Source of the DNA: Hyphomicrobiales bacterium
Lineage (GTDB): Bacteria; Pseudomonadota; Gammaproteobacteria; Pseudomonadales; Pseudohongiellaceae
Reading direction: 5' to 3'
Assembly: GCA_035555995.1 (NCBI GenBank)
Contig: DATMFX010000168.1
Location: 1-46,184 of the forward strand
DNA length: 46,184 bases
Each line of letters begins with the position of its first letter. Positions within the stretch are counted from its first letter, which is position 1. Of this stretch, positions 26,911 to 35,515 are shown one piece after another. A program made the translations under genes and the position numbers. The notes beneath the pieces were generated by a model, which made no database searches, was not told where the DNA came from, and saw nothing but the letters and a program-made list of their open reading frames with translations.

Positions 26911-28125
26911 ATGAACACGCGCATCCTTTCCCGCTCCTTGTTGCCGTCGCTGGCCTTCGCCGCCTGCGGCGAATTGCCCGCCCAGCCCATACAACCGGGG
27001 GAATTGCCCGAAGGCGAGGGCAAAAGCCTGGTGCAGACGGTCTGCTTCTCGTGTCACACCGCAGTCAACATCACCACCTCCGCCGGCTACGAGGCCGCTG
27101 CCTGGAAGGACGTGTTCGGTTCCATGGTGACCCTGCCCCAGGCGCAGGCCGACACCATTGCGCAGTATCTGGCCGGCCACTACCCGCCGCGCCCCGACCG
27201 CGCGCCCACGCTGGTGAGCGGGCCACTCCAGATCGACATCCAGGAATGGACGGTTCCCACCCGCGGCCAGCGCTCGCGCGATCCCGTCGAGGCGCAGGAC
27301 GGCTCGATCTGGTGGACCGGCATGTGGGCCTCGCTGGTGGGCAGGATCGATCCCGCCACGGGCGCGATGGAGGAATATCATCTGCCGTTCACCGCGCGGC
27401 CGCACAGCATCGTGCCTGGCGCCGACGGCAGCATCTGGTACACCGGCAACGGCAACGGCACCATCGGCAGGCTCGACCCCGCCACCGGTCTGATCACCCA
27501 GTTCGACACCCGGGCGGCGGATCCCCACAGTGCGGTGTTCCATCCCAACGGCAAGCTGTTCTTCACCGCACAGAACAGCGGCATGCTGGGCCGGCTCGAT
27601 CCCGCCACCGGCGAACTGCAGGAAATCGACACCGAACCGCGCCCCTACGGCATCAAGGTGGCGCCCTCCGGCACGCTGTGGATCGCCTACAACGGCACCA
27701 ACAAGATCGGCGCCATGGATCCCGAAACCCTGGAAGTGCGCTATTACGACATTCCCAACACCGCCTCGCGCATACGCCGGCTCGACATCGACAGCCAGGG
27801 CACGATCTGGTACGTCAATTCCACGCAAGGCAAGATCGGCCGGCTGAACCCTGCCAATGGCGAAATCAAGGAATGGGATTCACCCAGCGGGCCGCGTTCG
27901 CACCCCTATGCGATCGCCGTGGTGAACGACAAGGTCTGGTACAACGAATCCGGCATGCGCCCCGATGCCCTGGTGCGTTTCGATCCGGAAACGGAAACTT
28001 TCCAGAGCTGGGCGATTCCAAGCGGCGTGGGCATCGTGCGCAACATGTGGGTCACCCGCGACAACAACCTGCTGATCCACCAGAGCAGCACCAACCGGGT
28101 GGGCCTGGTGACGATACCGGACTGA
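26911..28125 (+). CDS. secreted cytochrome c domain fused to a 7-bladed Vgb/streptogramin-lyase-like beta-propeller
   Basis: Signal or possible lipoprotein N-terminus (LAFAAC). One CFSCH heme-c motif with a downstream Met (FGSMVTLP). Seven repeats of the type DGSIWYTGNGNGTIGRLDPATG follow. Confidence 0.72.
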   Translation: MNTRILSRSLLPSLAFAACGELPAQPIQPGELPEGEGKSLVQTVCFSCHTAVNITTSAGYEAAAWKDVFGSMVTLPQAQADTIAQYLAGHYPPRPDRAPTLVSGPLQIDIQEWTVPTRGQRSRDPVEAQDGSIWWTGMWASLVGRIDPATGAMEEYHLPFTARPHSIVPGADGSIWYTGNGNGTIGRLDPATGLITQFDTRAADPHSAVFHPNGKLFFTAQNSGMLGRLDPATGELQEIDTEPRPYGIKVAPSGTLWIAYNGTNKIGAMDPETLEVRYYDIPNTASRIRRLDIDSQGTIWYVNSTQGKIGRLNPANGEIKEWDSPSGPRSHPYAIAVVNDKVWYNESGMRPDALVRFDPETETFQSWAIPSGVGIVRNMWVTRDNNLLIHQSSTNRVGLVTIPD

Positions 28126-28140
28126 TCGTTGCAATAATGG

Positions 28141-28190
28141 CGGATAGCGACGGATAGCGACGGATAGCGGCGGATAACGGCGGATAGCGC
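28141..28190. repeat. 10-nt tandem repeat x5 (CGGATAGCGA consensus)
   Basis: Reads CGGATAGCGA CGGATAGCGA CGGATAGCGG CGGATAACGG CGGATAGCGC, in exact 10-nt register. It lies in the convergent spacer between the propeller gene and dacB. Confidence 0.9.
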
Positions 28191-28236
28191 CGGCTCACCG
28201 GCTTTCAGGATCGCCGCTTGCCCGGCGCCGCCGCAA

Positions 28237-29661
28237 TCACTGCTGGCGTGTCCAGGCAAGCAGTGCATCCATCAATTCCACGCCCGGGCCACGGTCGGCC
28301 AGGGCATGGTTCAGTATTCCGCTCACCGCATACACGCGCCCCGACTGCCCTACCACGTAGCCCGCTACCGCCGATACCTCATCCAGGGTGCCGGTCTTGA
28401 CGTGCATGTAGCCCTGCGTGGCCGCGCCGCGCAAGCGGGTGCGCATGGTGCCGTCCTCGCCCACCACCGGCAGGGAAGACACGAACTCCGCCATGTAGCG
28501 CGATTGGTAACCGTGCCTCAGCACCGCATTGAGCTGCGCGGTGCTCAATCGCGTGTCGCGCGAGAGACCAGCGCCGTTGACGATGCGCGCGGTCGCAACC
28601 TCCACGCCGATGCCCTGCAGATACTCCACCAGCGCCGCCGCGCCGGCCTGCACCGTGGCCGGCCCCGGATTGTGTTCCGCCGCCAGGGTCAGCAGCAGAT
28701 GCCGCGCCATCAGGTTGTTGCTGTATTTGTTGAGTGCGCGGATCACGTCGGCAAGCGGCGGCGATTCCCAGTCCACCAGCAGCGTGGCCTCGGCGGGCAC
28801 CGGTTCCAGACGCAGGTTACCAGTGAATTCGCCGCCCAGTTCATGCCAAAGGTGGCTGAACAGCGCGTGCAGATAACGATCCGGATCGCTCACCGCGCGC
28901 GCCATGGCGTAGCGGGTGCAGCTCGCCGGAAACTGACCATCGAAGGTCACGCCGCCCGGCGTGGCGGCGTCGTAATTGAAACTGATGCCGCGCTGAAAGC
29001 CGGTGCAGGCGCCCGCCTTGAGCTTCAGCCGATTGACGATGCGCTGGCCGGGCAGCATCGGGTCGGTGCTGATGTCCACGTTCACCCCGTCCGCCGCCGG
29101 TGCAAAATAATAGGTGATGGCCTGGAAGTTCACCGACAGCGCGTGCGGCAGCACGTTGTAGGTGCGGCCAGCCTGGTTGTCGATGCGTGACTCGTTCCTT
29201 ACCGAAGGATCAAAAAGGCTGGTGTCGACCACCAGGTCACCGTCGATGCGCACGATGCCCTGGCGCCGCACCGCCTTGAGCAGGTTACGGAACTGTTCTT
29301 CCAGGAGGTAGGGATCCCCTCCGCCCTGCAGCAGCAGGTCGCCGTGCAGCGTGCCCTGGCTCACCTCCCCAAGCGCGTAGGCGCGAGTATGCCAGGTGTA
29401 GGCGGGGCCAAGCGTTTCGAGCGCCGCCAGCGTGGTGAGCGTCTTGATGGTGGAGGCCGGGTTGAGCGGCAAATCGGGCGCCACCGCCAACAAGGGCTCG
29501 GCGGCGTCGATTTCCTGCACCACGAAACCGTAGCTGCCGGCCTCCAACCCATGCCCCTTCAGCACCCGGTCGAGGGTGGCGGGCAGATCCGCCGCCTGGG
29601 CGCAGGGGAGCAGCAAAAGCGCCAGCAGCGGCAGCATGCGCAGGAAACGAAACAGCAGCAT
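28237..29661 (-). CDS. dacB: D-alanyl-D-alanine carboxypeptidase/endopeptidase (PBP4)
   Basis: From the ATG at 29661 (474 aa) there is a signal peptide MLLFRFLRMLPLLALLLLPCAQA. The motifs are SxxK (ASTIKTLT), SxN (YSNNLM) and KTG (HVKTGTL). An alternative ATG lies at 29637. The rest of the 899-aa track ORF is an out-of-frame overlap with the next gene. Confidence 0.87.
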   Translation of the reverse strand: MLLFRFLRMLPLLALLLLPCAQAADLPATLDRVLKGHGLEAGSYGFVVQEIDAAEPLLAVAPDLPLNPASTIKTLTTLAALETLGPAYTWHTRAYALGEVSQGTLHGDLLLQGGGDPYLLEEQFRNLLKAVRRQGIVRIDGDLVVDTSLFDPSVRNESRIDNQAGRTYNVLPHALSVNFQAITYYFAPAADGVNVDISTDPMLPGQRIVNRLKLKAGACTGFQRGISFNYDAATPGGVTFDGQFPASCTRYAMARAVSDPDRYLHALFSHLWHELGGEFTGNLRLEPVPAEATLLVDWESPPLADVIRALNKYSNNLMARHLLLTLAAEHNPGPATVQAGAAALVEYLQGIGVEVATARIVNGAGLSRDTRLSTAQLNAVLRHGYQSRYMAEFVSSLPVVGEDGTMRTRLRGAATQGYMHVKTGTLDEVSAVAGYVVGQSGRVYAVSGILNHALADRGPGVELMDALLAWTRQQ

Positions 29662-29795
29662 AAGCAGGCCCAAATACAGGAAAGCGTGCAGGAAAGACTG
29701 CGCCAAAGCGTAACCGAAACGCCCCACCGCTTCATCCGGCAATTGCAGAACCGGCCCCGCTTGCCAGCAATCGAAGGCGCTGCCCCGCAATCTGG

Positions 29796-31424
29796 CTACT
29801 GGAACCTGCCGCGCCGCGCATCGCGCAGTATCTCGCGCGCCGCATTGTGCCCCGGCACGCCGGTAACGCCGCCGCCGGGATGCGCGCCGGCACCGCACAG
29901 GTACAGGCCGCGCAGCGGCAGGCGATAGGCGGCCGCCCCCAGCACCGGGCGGGTATTGAACAACTGCCCCAGCCGCAGCTGGCCGTGGAAGATGTCGCCG
30001 TCGATCAGGCCGAAGCGCTGTTCCAAATCCAGCGGGGAGAGTACCTGGCTGCCGACGATGCTGGCGCTGAAATTGGGCGCGTGCCGGTTTACCGTGTCGA
30101 TCACCCGCGCGGCGAACGCCGCTTTTTCCGCCGGATCGTTCCAGTGCCTTGGCGCCGGCAGCGTGGGCGCCACATGCTGCACGAACAGGCTCGCCACGTG
30201 CTGCCCGGCCGGCGCCAGCGTGGGATCGAGCGTGGACGGCAGGAGCATTTCCACGATCGGTTCGTCCGACCAGCCATGCAGCGCCGCGGTGTGATAGGCG
30301 CGATCGAGGTAGTCCAACGTGGGGCCGATGACGATGCCGGCGCCATGGTGCGCCTGCGGCGCGGTGCCGGGGCGGCAGCGAAAATCCGGCAATTCGCGCA
30401 GGGCCACGTTCATGCGGAAGGTGCCCGACCCCGATTGGATGGCGCAAAAACGCTGGTGGGTGTCCTGTGGCACCGCGCCCGGCTCGATCAGGTCGCGGAA
30501 CAGCAGTTTGGGCGGCAGCGCCACCGCCACGCGCAGCGCCAACACGGTTTCGCCATCGGCAAGCGCCACGCCGCGCACCCGGCCATTGTCCGTGAGCACC
30601 CGCGCCACCGGCGCATTCAGCCGCAGCGTGACGCCCGCCGCCTGCGCCGCGCGGCTCATCGCCTGCGTGATGGCGCCCATGCCGCCAAGCGCATGGCCCC
30701 ACACACCCGGCTTGCCGTTCACCTCGCCGAAACAATGATGCAGCAGCACGTAGGCGGTGCCGGGCGTGTATGGAGAGGCAAACGTGCCCACCACGCCGTC
30801 GAAGGCAAACGCCGCCCGCACTACCTCGTGTTCGAACCAGCGCGCCAGGAATTCGGCGGCGCTGCCGGTGAAAAGGTCGATCAACACCTGCTGCTGGGCG
30901 CGGCTGCAGCCAAGCAGGCGCCGCGCCAGACGGCACCAGGTCAAGAGATCGCCAGGGGCCAGCGAATTGGGCGGTGTCATCAGCACCAGTTGGCGCAACA
31001 GCGCCGCCGCCTGTTCCAGCGTGGCTTCATACGCAGGCAACTGCTCGGCATCGTGGCGGGAAAACGCCGCGATCGCCGCCTGACGCGCCGCCATGCCGTA
31101 GGGAAACAGCAGTCCGCGTTCGGCGTCCACCGGCCAGAAATTCGCCACCGGGCGCTCGACGATGCGCAGCCCGTGCGCCGCCAGGTCGAGATCGGCAATC
31201 ACCTTGGGGTTGAGCAGGCTCACCGTGTAGGAAGCCACGGAGTTGCGGAAACCGGGGTGGAATTCCTCGGTGAGCGCCGCGCCGCCCGGCACCGCGTTCT
31301 TTTCCAGCACCACCACCGACAGCCCGGCGCGGGCGAGATAGGCGGCGCACACCAGCCCGTTGTGGCCGGCACCCAGGATGGCAACGTCGTAGTGGGGAGT
31401 GTGAGCAGAGCGCGGAGCGGACAT
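29796..31424 (-). CDS. FAD/NAD(P)-dependent oxidoreductase, phytoene desaturase (CrtI)-like family
   Basis: From the ATG at 31424: HYDVAILGAGHNGLVCAAYLARAGLSVVVLEKN is a Rossmann dinucleotide fold. The length (542 aa) and the C-terminal GAGAHPGGGVTGVPG are typical of COG1233-type enzymes. Confidence 0.78.
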   Translation of the reverse strand: MSAPRSAHTPHYDVAILGAGHNGLVCAAYLARAGLSVVVLEKNAVPGGAALTEEFHPGFRNSVASYTVSLLNPKVIADLDLAAHGLRIVERPVANFWPVDAERGLLFPYGMAARQAAIAAFSRHDAEQLPAYEATLEQAAALLRQLVLMTPPNSLAPGDLLTWCRLARRLLGCSRAQQQVLIDLFTGSAAEFLARWFEHEVVRAAFAFDGVVGTFASPYTPGTAYVLLHHCFGEVNGKPGVWGHALGGMGAITQAMSRAAQAAGVTLRLNAPVARVLTDNGRVRGVALADGETVLALRVAVALPPKLLFRDLIEPGAVPQDTHQRFCAIQSGSGTFRMNVALRELPDFRCRPGTAPQAHHGAGIVIGPTLDYLDRAYHTAALHGWSDEPIVEMLLPSTLDPTLAPAGQHVASLFVQHVAPTLPAPRHWNDPAEKAAFAARVIDTVNRHAPNFSASIVGSQVLSPLDLEQRFGLIDGDIFHGQLRLGQLFNTRPVLGAAAYRLPLRGLYLCGAGAHPGGGVTGVPGHNAAREILRDARRGRFQ

Positions 31425-31473
31425 GCGGGATGCTTCATGCAAGTGGACGGCGAAAGAGGATAGCATGCAGGCC

Positions 31474-31487
31474 TGCGCGTACGCGCA
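31474..31487. promoter_or_regulatory. perfect 14-bp palindrome TGCGCGTACGCGCA in a divergent promoter region
   Basis: Read directly. It lies between the oxidoreductase start (31424) and the corA start (31569). Function unknown. Confidence 0.25.
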
Positions 31488-31568
31488 AGCCGCGCCGGGC
31501 AAAAACAGGCCAGGAAAAAACCAGCATCAGGCAAAACAGGCCAACCAGGAACGGGAAAGGAACCAAGC

Positions 31569-32540
31569 ATGATACGCACACAGTTGCTGCTGCAGGACGA
31601 CACCCGGCTGCAGGGCGGCCTCGAACTGGTCGAGCGCTGGCGGCGCGAACCGGCGGCGCACCTGTGGGTGGACCTGGAGGACGAGCCGTTACCGAAACAG
31701 CGCGAATTCCTCGAGAGCATGGACTGCCATCCGTTGGCCATCGAGGACGTGCTGCGCTTTCGCACGCCGCCCAAGGTCGCCGACTACGACGCCTACACCC
31801 TGCTGCTCTACCGCGGCATTTCCGTCTTCAACCCCGACCTGACCACCGAACAGCAGACCATCGCGCTGTTCATCGGCGAACGCTGCCTGTTCAGCCTGCA
31901 CAAGCCGCTGGCCCGCGGCATCGACCATTATTGGGAACAGGCGTACAAGGAACAGCTGCTGCGCAGCCCCGGCCTGCTCGCCCTGCGCATCATGCGCCAT
32001 TCCATGGGCCACTACCTGGAAACGCTGCTCGGCTTCGAACCGCTGCTGGAGGAACTGGAAGACGCGATGCAGGAACGTTCCGACGATGCGCTGATGCGCG
32101 ATCTCATCGCGTACCAGTCGCGGCTGCGGCGCCTGAGCCGCGTATTCAGCTATCACGAACGCCTGATCCAGAATCTGCGCAGCGACATTCCGCAGCGGCT
32201 GTTGGATGAAGACGGCGACATCGAGAACGCCCTGCAGGATCTGTTCGAACGCTGCGAACGCATCCACAGCCTGTGCACCATGTACTACGAACTGTGCGCC
32301 GACCTGCTCCACGGCTATCTGTCGTTCTCCTCGCACCGCATGAACGGCACCATGCGCATCCTCACCGTGATCACCGCGCTGTTCCTGCCGCTTACCCTGA
32401 TCGCCGGCATCTACGGCATGAACTTCGACTACATGCCGGAACTGCACTGGCGCTATGGTTATTTCACGGTGCTTGGGGTGATGGGCACTCTGGCGCTGGC
32501 GCTCGGCGCCTATGCCTGGCGCAAATGGCTGGACGGCTGA
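31569..32540 (+). CDS. corA: CorA-family magnesium/cobalt transporter
   Basis: 323 aa. The C-terminus has two TM helices and the GIYGMNFDYMPEL signature (the YGMNF motif). Confidence 0.86.
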   Translation: MIRTQLLLQDDTRLQGGLELVERWRREPAAHLWVDLEDEPLPKQREFLESMDCHPLAIEDVLRFRTPPKVADYDAYTLLLYRGISVFNPDLTTEQQTIALFIGERCLFSLHKPLARGIDHYWEQAYKEQLLRSPGLLALRIMRHSMGHYLETLLGFEPLLEELEDAMQERSDDALMRDLIAYQSRLRRLSRVFSYHERLIQNLRSDIPQRLLDEDGDIENALQDLFERCERIHSLCTMYYELCADLLHGYLSFSSHRMNGTMRILTVITALFLPLTLIAGIYGMNFDYMPELHWRYGYFTVLGVMGTLALALGAYAWRKWLDG

Positions 32541-32608
32541 AACGCAAGGCCCCTTCATAAACGCTCGTTTCGCCCCTAGAATAAGGCATCCCAGCACGAC
32601 ACCGCGCA

Positions 32609-34852
32609 ATGCCTGCCAAGAACGTCATTCTCGAGCTTTCTCTCCTGCAAAAAGAGGTGGGCGAGCTGGCGTCGCCCGCCGAACAGGTGCGCAGGATCGT
32701 GGATTCCATTTCCGCCATCGTGGGCACCGACGTCTGCTCGCTGTACCTGCAGGATCAGCACCAGGACCTGGTGCTGATGGCCAGCCACGGGCTGGCGCAC
32801 AGCGCGCAGGTGGTCATTCCTGCCGGCCGCGGGCTGGTGGGGCTGGTGGTCAAGAGCCGCCACACCATCAACATCCCCCGCGCCAGCGATCACCCCGCCT
32901 ACTACTACGTCGAAGCCACGGCGGAGGAACGCTTCCAGAGTTTCTGCGGCATTCCGCTGGTGCACTACGGCAAGATCATCGGCGTGCTGGTGGTGCAAAG
33001 CCGCACCGCGGAGGCGTTGTCGCCCGAAAGCGAGGGCTTTCTGGTAACCCTTTCCTCGCAGCTGGCGCATCTGGTGGCCGACATGCCGCTCACGCTGCAC
33101 GGGCCGCACCTGAACACCTACGTGCGCGGCGTGAAGGGCAGTTCCGGCATCGGCATCGGCCAGGCGGTATTGTGCGATCACGGCGATCTGCTCGGCGTGC
33201 CGGACGAACCCTGCCCCGACGTCGAGATGGCCGTCGCCGAGTGGCATGCGCTGCGCCAGCGCGTGCAGCGGGACATCCAGCAGGAACAACAGCTGCTGGG
33301 CACGCTGCTCAACGACAACGTCTCCAGCATCTTCAACACCTACACCGCGCTGCTCAACGACCAGGCGCTGGTGGGCAGGGTGGAGCTGGAAATCCGCACC
33401 GGCAACTGGCTGCCCGGCGCGCTGCGCAAGAGCATCCAGCATTTCGCCGCACTGTTCCTCGCCATGGAGGACCCCTACCTGAGGGCGCGCCACGAAGACA
33501 TCTACCACCTCGGCAACAAGCTGCTCGCCTCGCTGCAGGGCAGCGCCGGCCTGGCGGAACGGGTGGAGCAGATCGACCAGGTGGTGCTGGTGGGCGACGA
33601 AGTCAGCATTTCCGACATCGCCGCCGTGCCGGGGGAAAAGCTGGTGGGCGTGATCTGCTTCGGCGGCTCCACGCTGTCGCACACGGCGGTGCTTGCCAAC
33701 GCGCTTGGCGTGCCGGCGGTGATGGGCGTGGGCGTGCTCAAGAACCTGCGCAACCGCGAACGCTTCATCGTGGACGGCAACAGCGGCCAGATCGTGCGCT
33801 ACCCCAACGACATGCTGTGCGCCGAATTCCAGCGCCTCATCGATGAAGAGCAACAGCTGGCCAACAAGCTGTCGGCGCTGCGCGACCTGCCCGCCCTTAC
33901 CCCCGACGGCTTCGAAATACGCCTGTTCACCAACTCGGGCCTGTTGGCTGACCTGTCGCCGGGGCTGCGCCACGGCGCGCAGGGCATCGGCCTGTACCGC
34001 ACCGAAATCCCCTTCATGGTGCGCGACAGCTTTCCCTCGGAGCAGGAGCAGATCGAGGTGTACAGGCAGGTGTTCAATGTCTACACCGGCAAGCCGGTGT
34101 ACATGCGCACGCTGGACGTAGGCGGCGACAAGCAGCTGCCCTATTTCCCGATTGCCGACGAAGCCAACCCTGCGCTTGGCTGGCGCGGCATCCGTTTTAC
34201 GCTCGACAATATTCAGCTATTGATGACACAGGTGCGCGCCATGCTGAGCGCGGCGGGCAGCGAGGGCGACCTGCACATCCTGCTGCCGATGATCAGCGGC
34301 GCCGAGGAACTGAACACCTTCAATGAACTGCTCGACGAAGCGCTCAAGCAGCTGACGCTGGAAGGCGTGCCGGTACGCCGTCCGCGCACCGGCGTGATGG
34401 TGGAAGTGCCCGCGGCGATCTCGCAGCTGCACTTTTGGCGTTCGCGCATCGATTTCGTGTCGATCGGCTCCAACGACCTCAGCCAGTATCTGCTGGCGCT
34501 GGACCGCAACAACGCGCGCGTGGCCAACCGCTACGACCACATCCACCCGGCGGTGATCCAGGAACTGAACCGCGTGGTCGGCATCGCCCGCCAGCATGAC
34601 CTGCCCCTGAGCCTGTGCGGCGAAATGGCCTCCGATCCGCTGGCGGTGATCCTGCTGGTGGGCATGGGCATCACCACGCTCAGCATGAGCGCCACCAAGC
34701 TGCCGCGCATCAAGTACCTGATCCGCGCCCTGCCCCGCCACAAGGCGGAAAGCGTGCTGCAGCAATGCCTGCAGCTCGACAACGTGCAGGACATCCGCGC
34801 GCTGCTGCACAGCACGCTGTTGTCGTTGCATCTGGGTGAATTGGTCAAATAA
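32609..34852 (+). CDS. ptsP: phosphoenolpyruvate-protein phosphotransferase EI-Ntr (GAF domain plus PTS enzyme I)
   Basis: 747 aa with an N-terminal GAF domain (VCSLYLQD...FCGIPLVHYGKIIGVLVVQS). EI motifs are present: GGSTLSHTAVLANALGVPAV (phospho-His loop), GIGLYRTEIPF and FVSIGSNDLSQY. Confidence 0.92.
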   Translation: MPAKNVILELSLLQKEVGELASPAEQVRRIVDSISAIVGTDVCSLYLQDQHQDLVLMASHGLAHSAQVVIPAGRGLVGLVVKSRHTINIPRASDHPAYYYVEATAEERFQSFCGIPLVHYGKIIGVLVVQSRTAEALSPESEGFLVTLSSQLAHLVADMPLTLHGPHLNTYVRGVKGSSGIGIGQAVLCDHGDLLGVPDEPCPDVEMAVAEWHALRQRVQRDIQQEQQLLGTLLNDNVSSIFNTYTALLNDQALVGRVELEIRTGNWLPGALRKSIQHFAALFLAMEDPYLRARHEDIYHLGNKLLASLQGSAGLAERVEQIDQVVLVGDEVSISDIAAVPGEKLVGVICFGGSTLSHTAVLANALGVPAVMGVGVLKNLRNRERFIVDGNSGQIVRYPNDMLCAEFQRLIDEEQQLANKLSALRDLPALTPDGFEIRLFTNSGLLADLSPGLRHGAQGIGLYRTEIPFMVRDSFPSEQEQIEVYRQVFNVYTGKPVYMRTLDVGGDKQLPYFPIADEANPALGWRGIRFTLDNIQLLMTQVRAMLSAAGSEGDLHILLPMISGAEELNTFNELLDEALKQLTLEGVPVRRPRTGVMVEVPAAISQLHFWRSRIDFVSIGSNDLSQYLLALDRNNARVANRYDHIHPAVIQELNRVVGIARQHDLPLSLCGEMASDPLAVILLVGMGITTLSMSATKLPRIKYLIRALPRHKAESVLQQCLQLDNVQDIRALLHSTLLSLHLGELVK

Positions 34853-34870
34853 GAGTTTGGCGCTGTTCCG

Positions 34871-35515
34871 CTACATGCGGATGATGCCGTGCGCCAGCGC
34901 CAGACGGATCAGTTCGGCGGAACTGGTGATGTTCAGCTTTTCCTTGATCTGCGTTTGGTAGTTGGCCACGGTCTTGATGCTGAGCGACAGGTCCTGCGCG
35001 ATTTCCTGCGCGTTCATGCCTTCGGCGAACTTGCAGAATATCTGGAATTCGCGCCGCGACAGCGCCCGCAGCGGCGTACCTGTGTCGAAGTTCTGGCGCA
35101 TGGTCAGCTGTTCGGCGAGCTTGGGGTCGATGTAGCTGTCGCCGCCGGCCACCACCTTCACCGCGTCGGTAAGCACCTTGGCGGCGTTGCTCTTGGTAAT
35201 GTAACCATTGGCGCCGGCGTCGAGCGCCTGTTCGACGAAGGCGATGTTCTCGTGCATGGTGAACACCAGGATGCGCATCTTGGGATCCTTGGCACGGATG
35301 CGGCGGATGGCTTCCAGGCCGCCCATGCCGGCCATCGACAGGTCCATGACGATCACGTCCGGGGCAATCTTGCCGATCTGCTGGTTGATCGCCTCGCCGC
35401 TGTCGAGCTCGGCGATCACTTCGATCTGCCCGCTGCTTTCCAGCAGCAGCCGGAAGCCGGTGCGCACCACCGCGTGGTCGTCCACCAGCACCACCTTGAG
35501 CGGATTACTTATCAT
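34871..35515 (-). CDS. NarL/LuxR-family response regulator
   Basis: LKVVLVDDHAVVRTG...DVIVMDLSMAGMGG is a receiver domain. A GerE-type HTH follows (LSRREFQIFCKFAEGMNAQEIAQDLSLSIKTVANYQTQIKEKL). It overlaps the kinase gene end by 11 nt. Confidence 0.9.
   Translation of the reverse strand: MISNPLKVVLVDDHAVVRTGFRLLLESSGQIEVIAELDSGEAINQQIGKIAPDVIVMDLSMAGMGGLEAIRRIRAKDPKMRILVFTMHENIAFVEQALDAGANGYITKSNAAKVLTDAVKVVAGGDSYIDPKLAEQLTMRQNFDTGTPLRALSRREFQIFCKFAEGMNAQEIAQDLSLSIKTVANYQTQIKEKLNITSSAELIRLALAHGIIRM

Noticed and set aside
28237-30936. An 899-aa minus-strand ORF spanning dacB and much of the next gene
   Set aside because: Only the C-terminal 474 aa (from ATG 29661, with a signal peptide and SxxK/SxN/KTG motifs) look like a protein. 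The upstream 425 aa are Arg/Ala/Gly/Pro-rich, and part of that stretch overlaps, in another frame, the well-supported CrtI-like gene (29796-31424). This is an open-frame artefact typical of GC-rich DNA.
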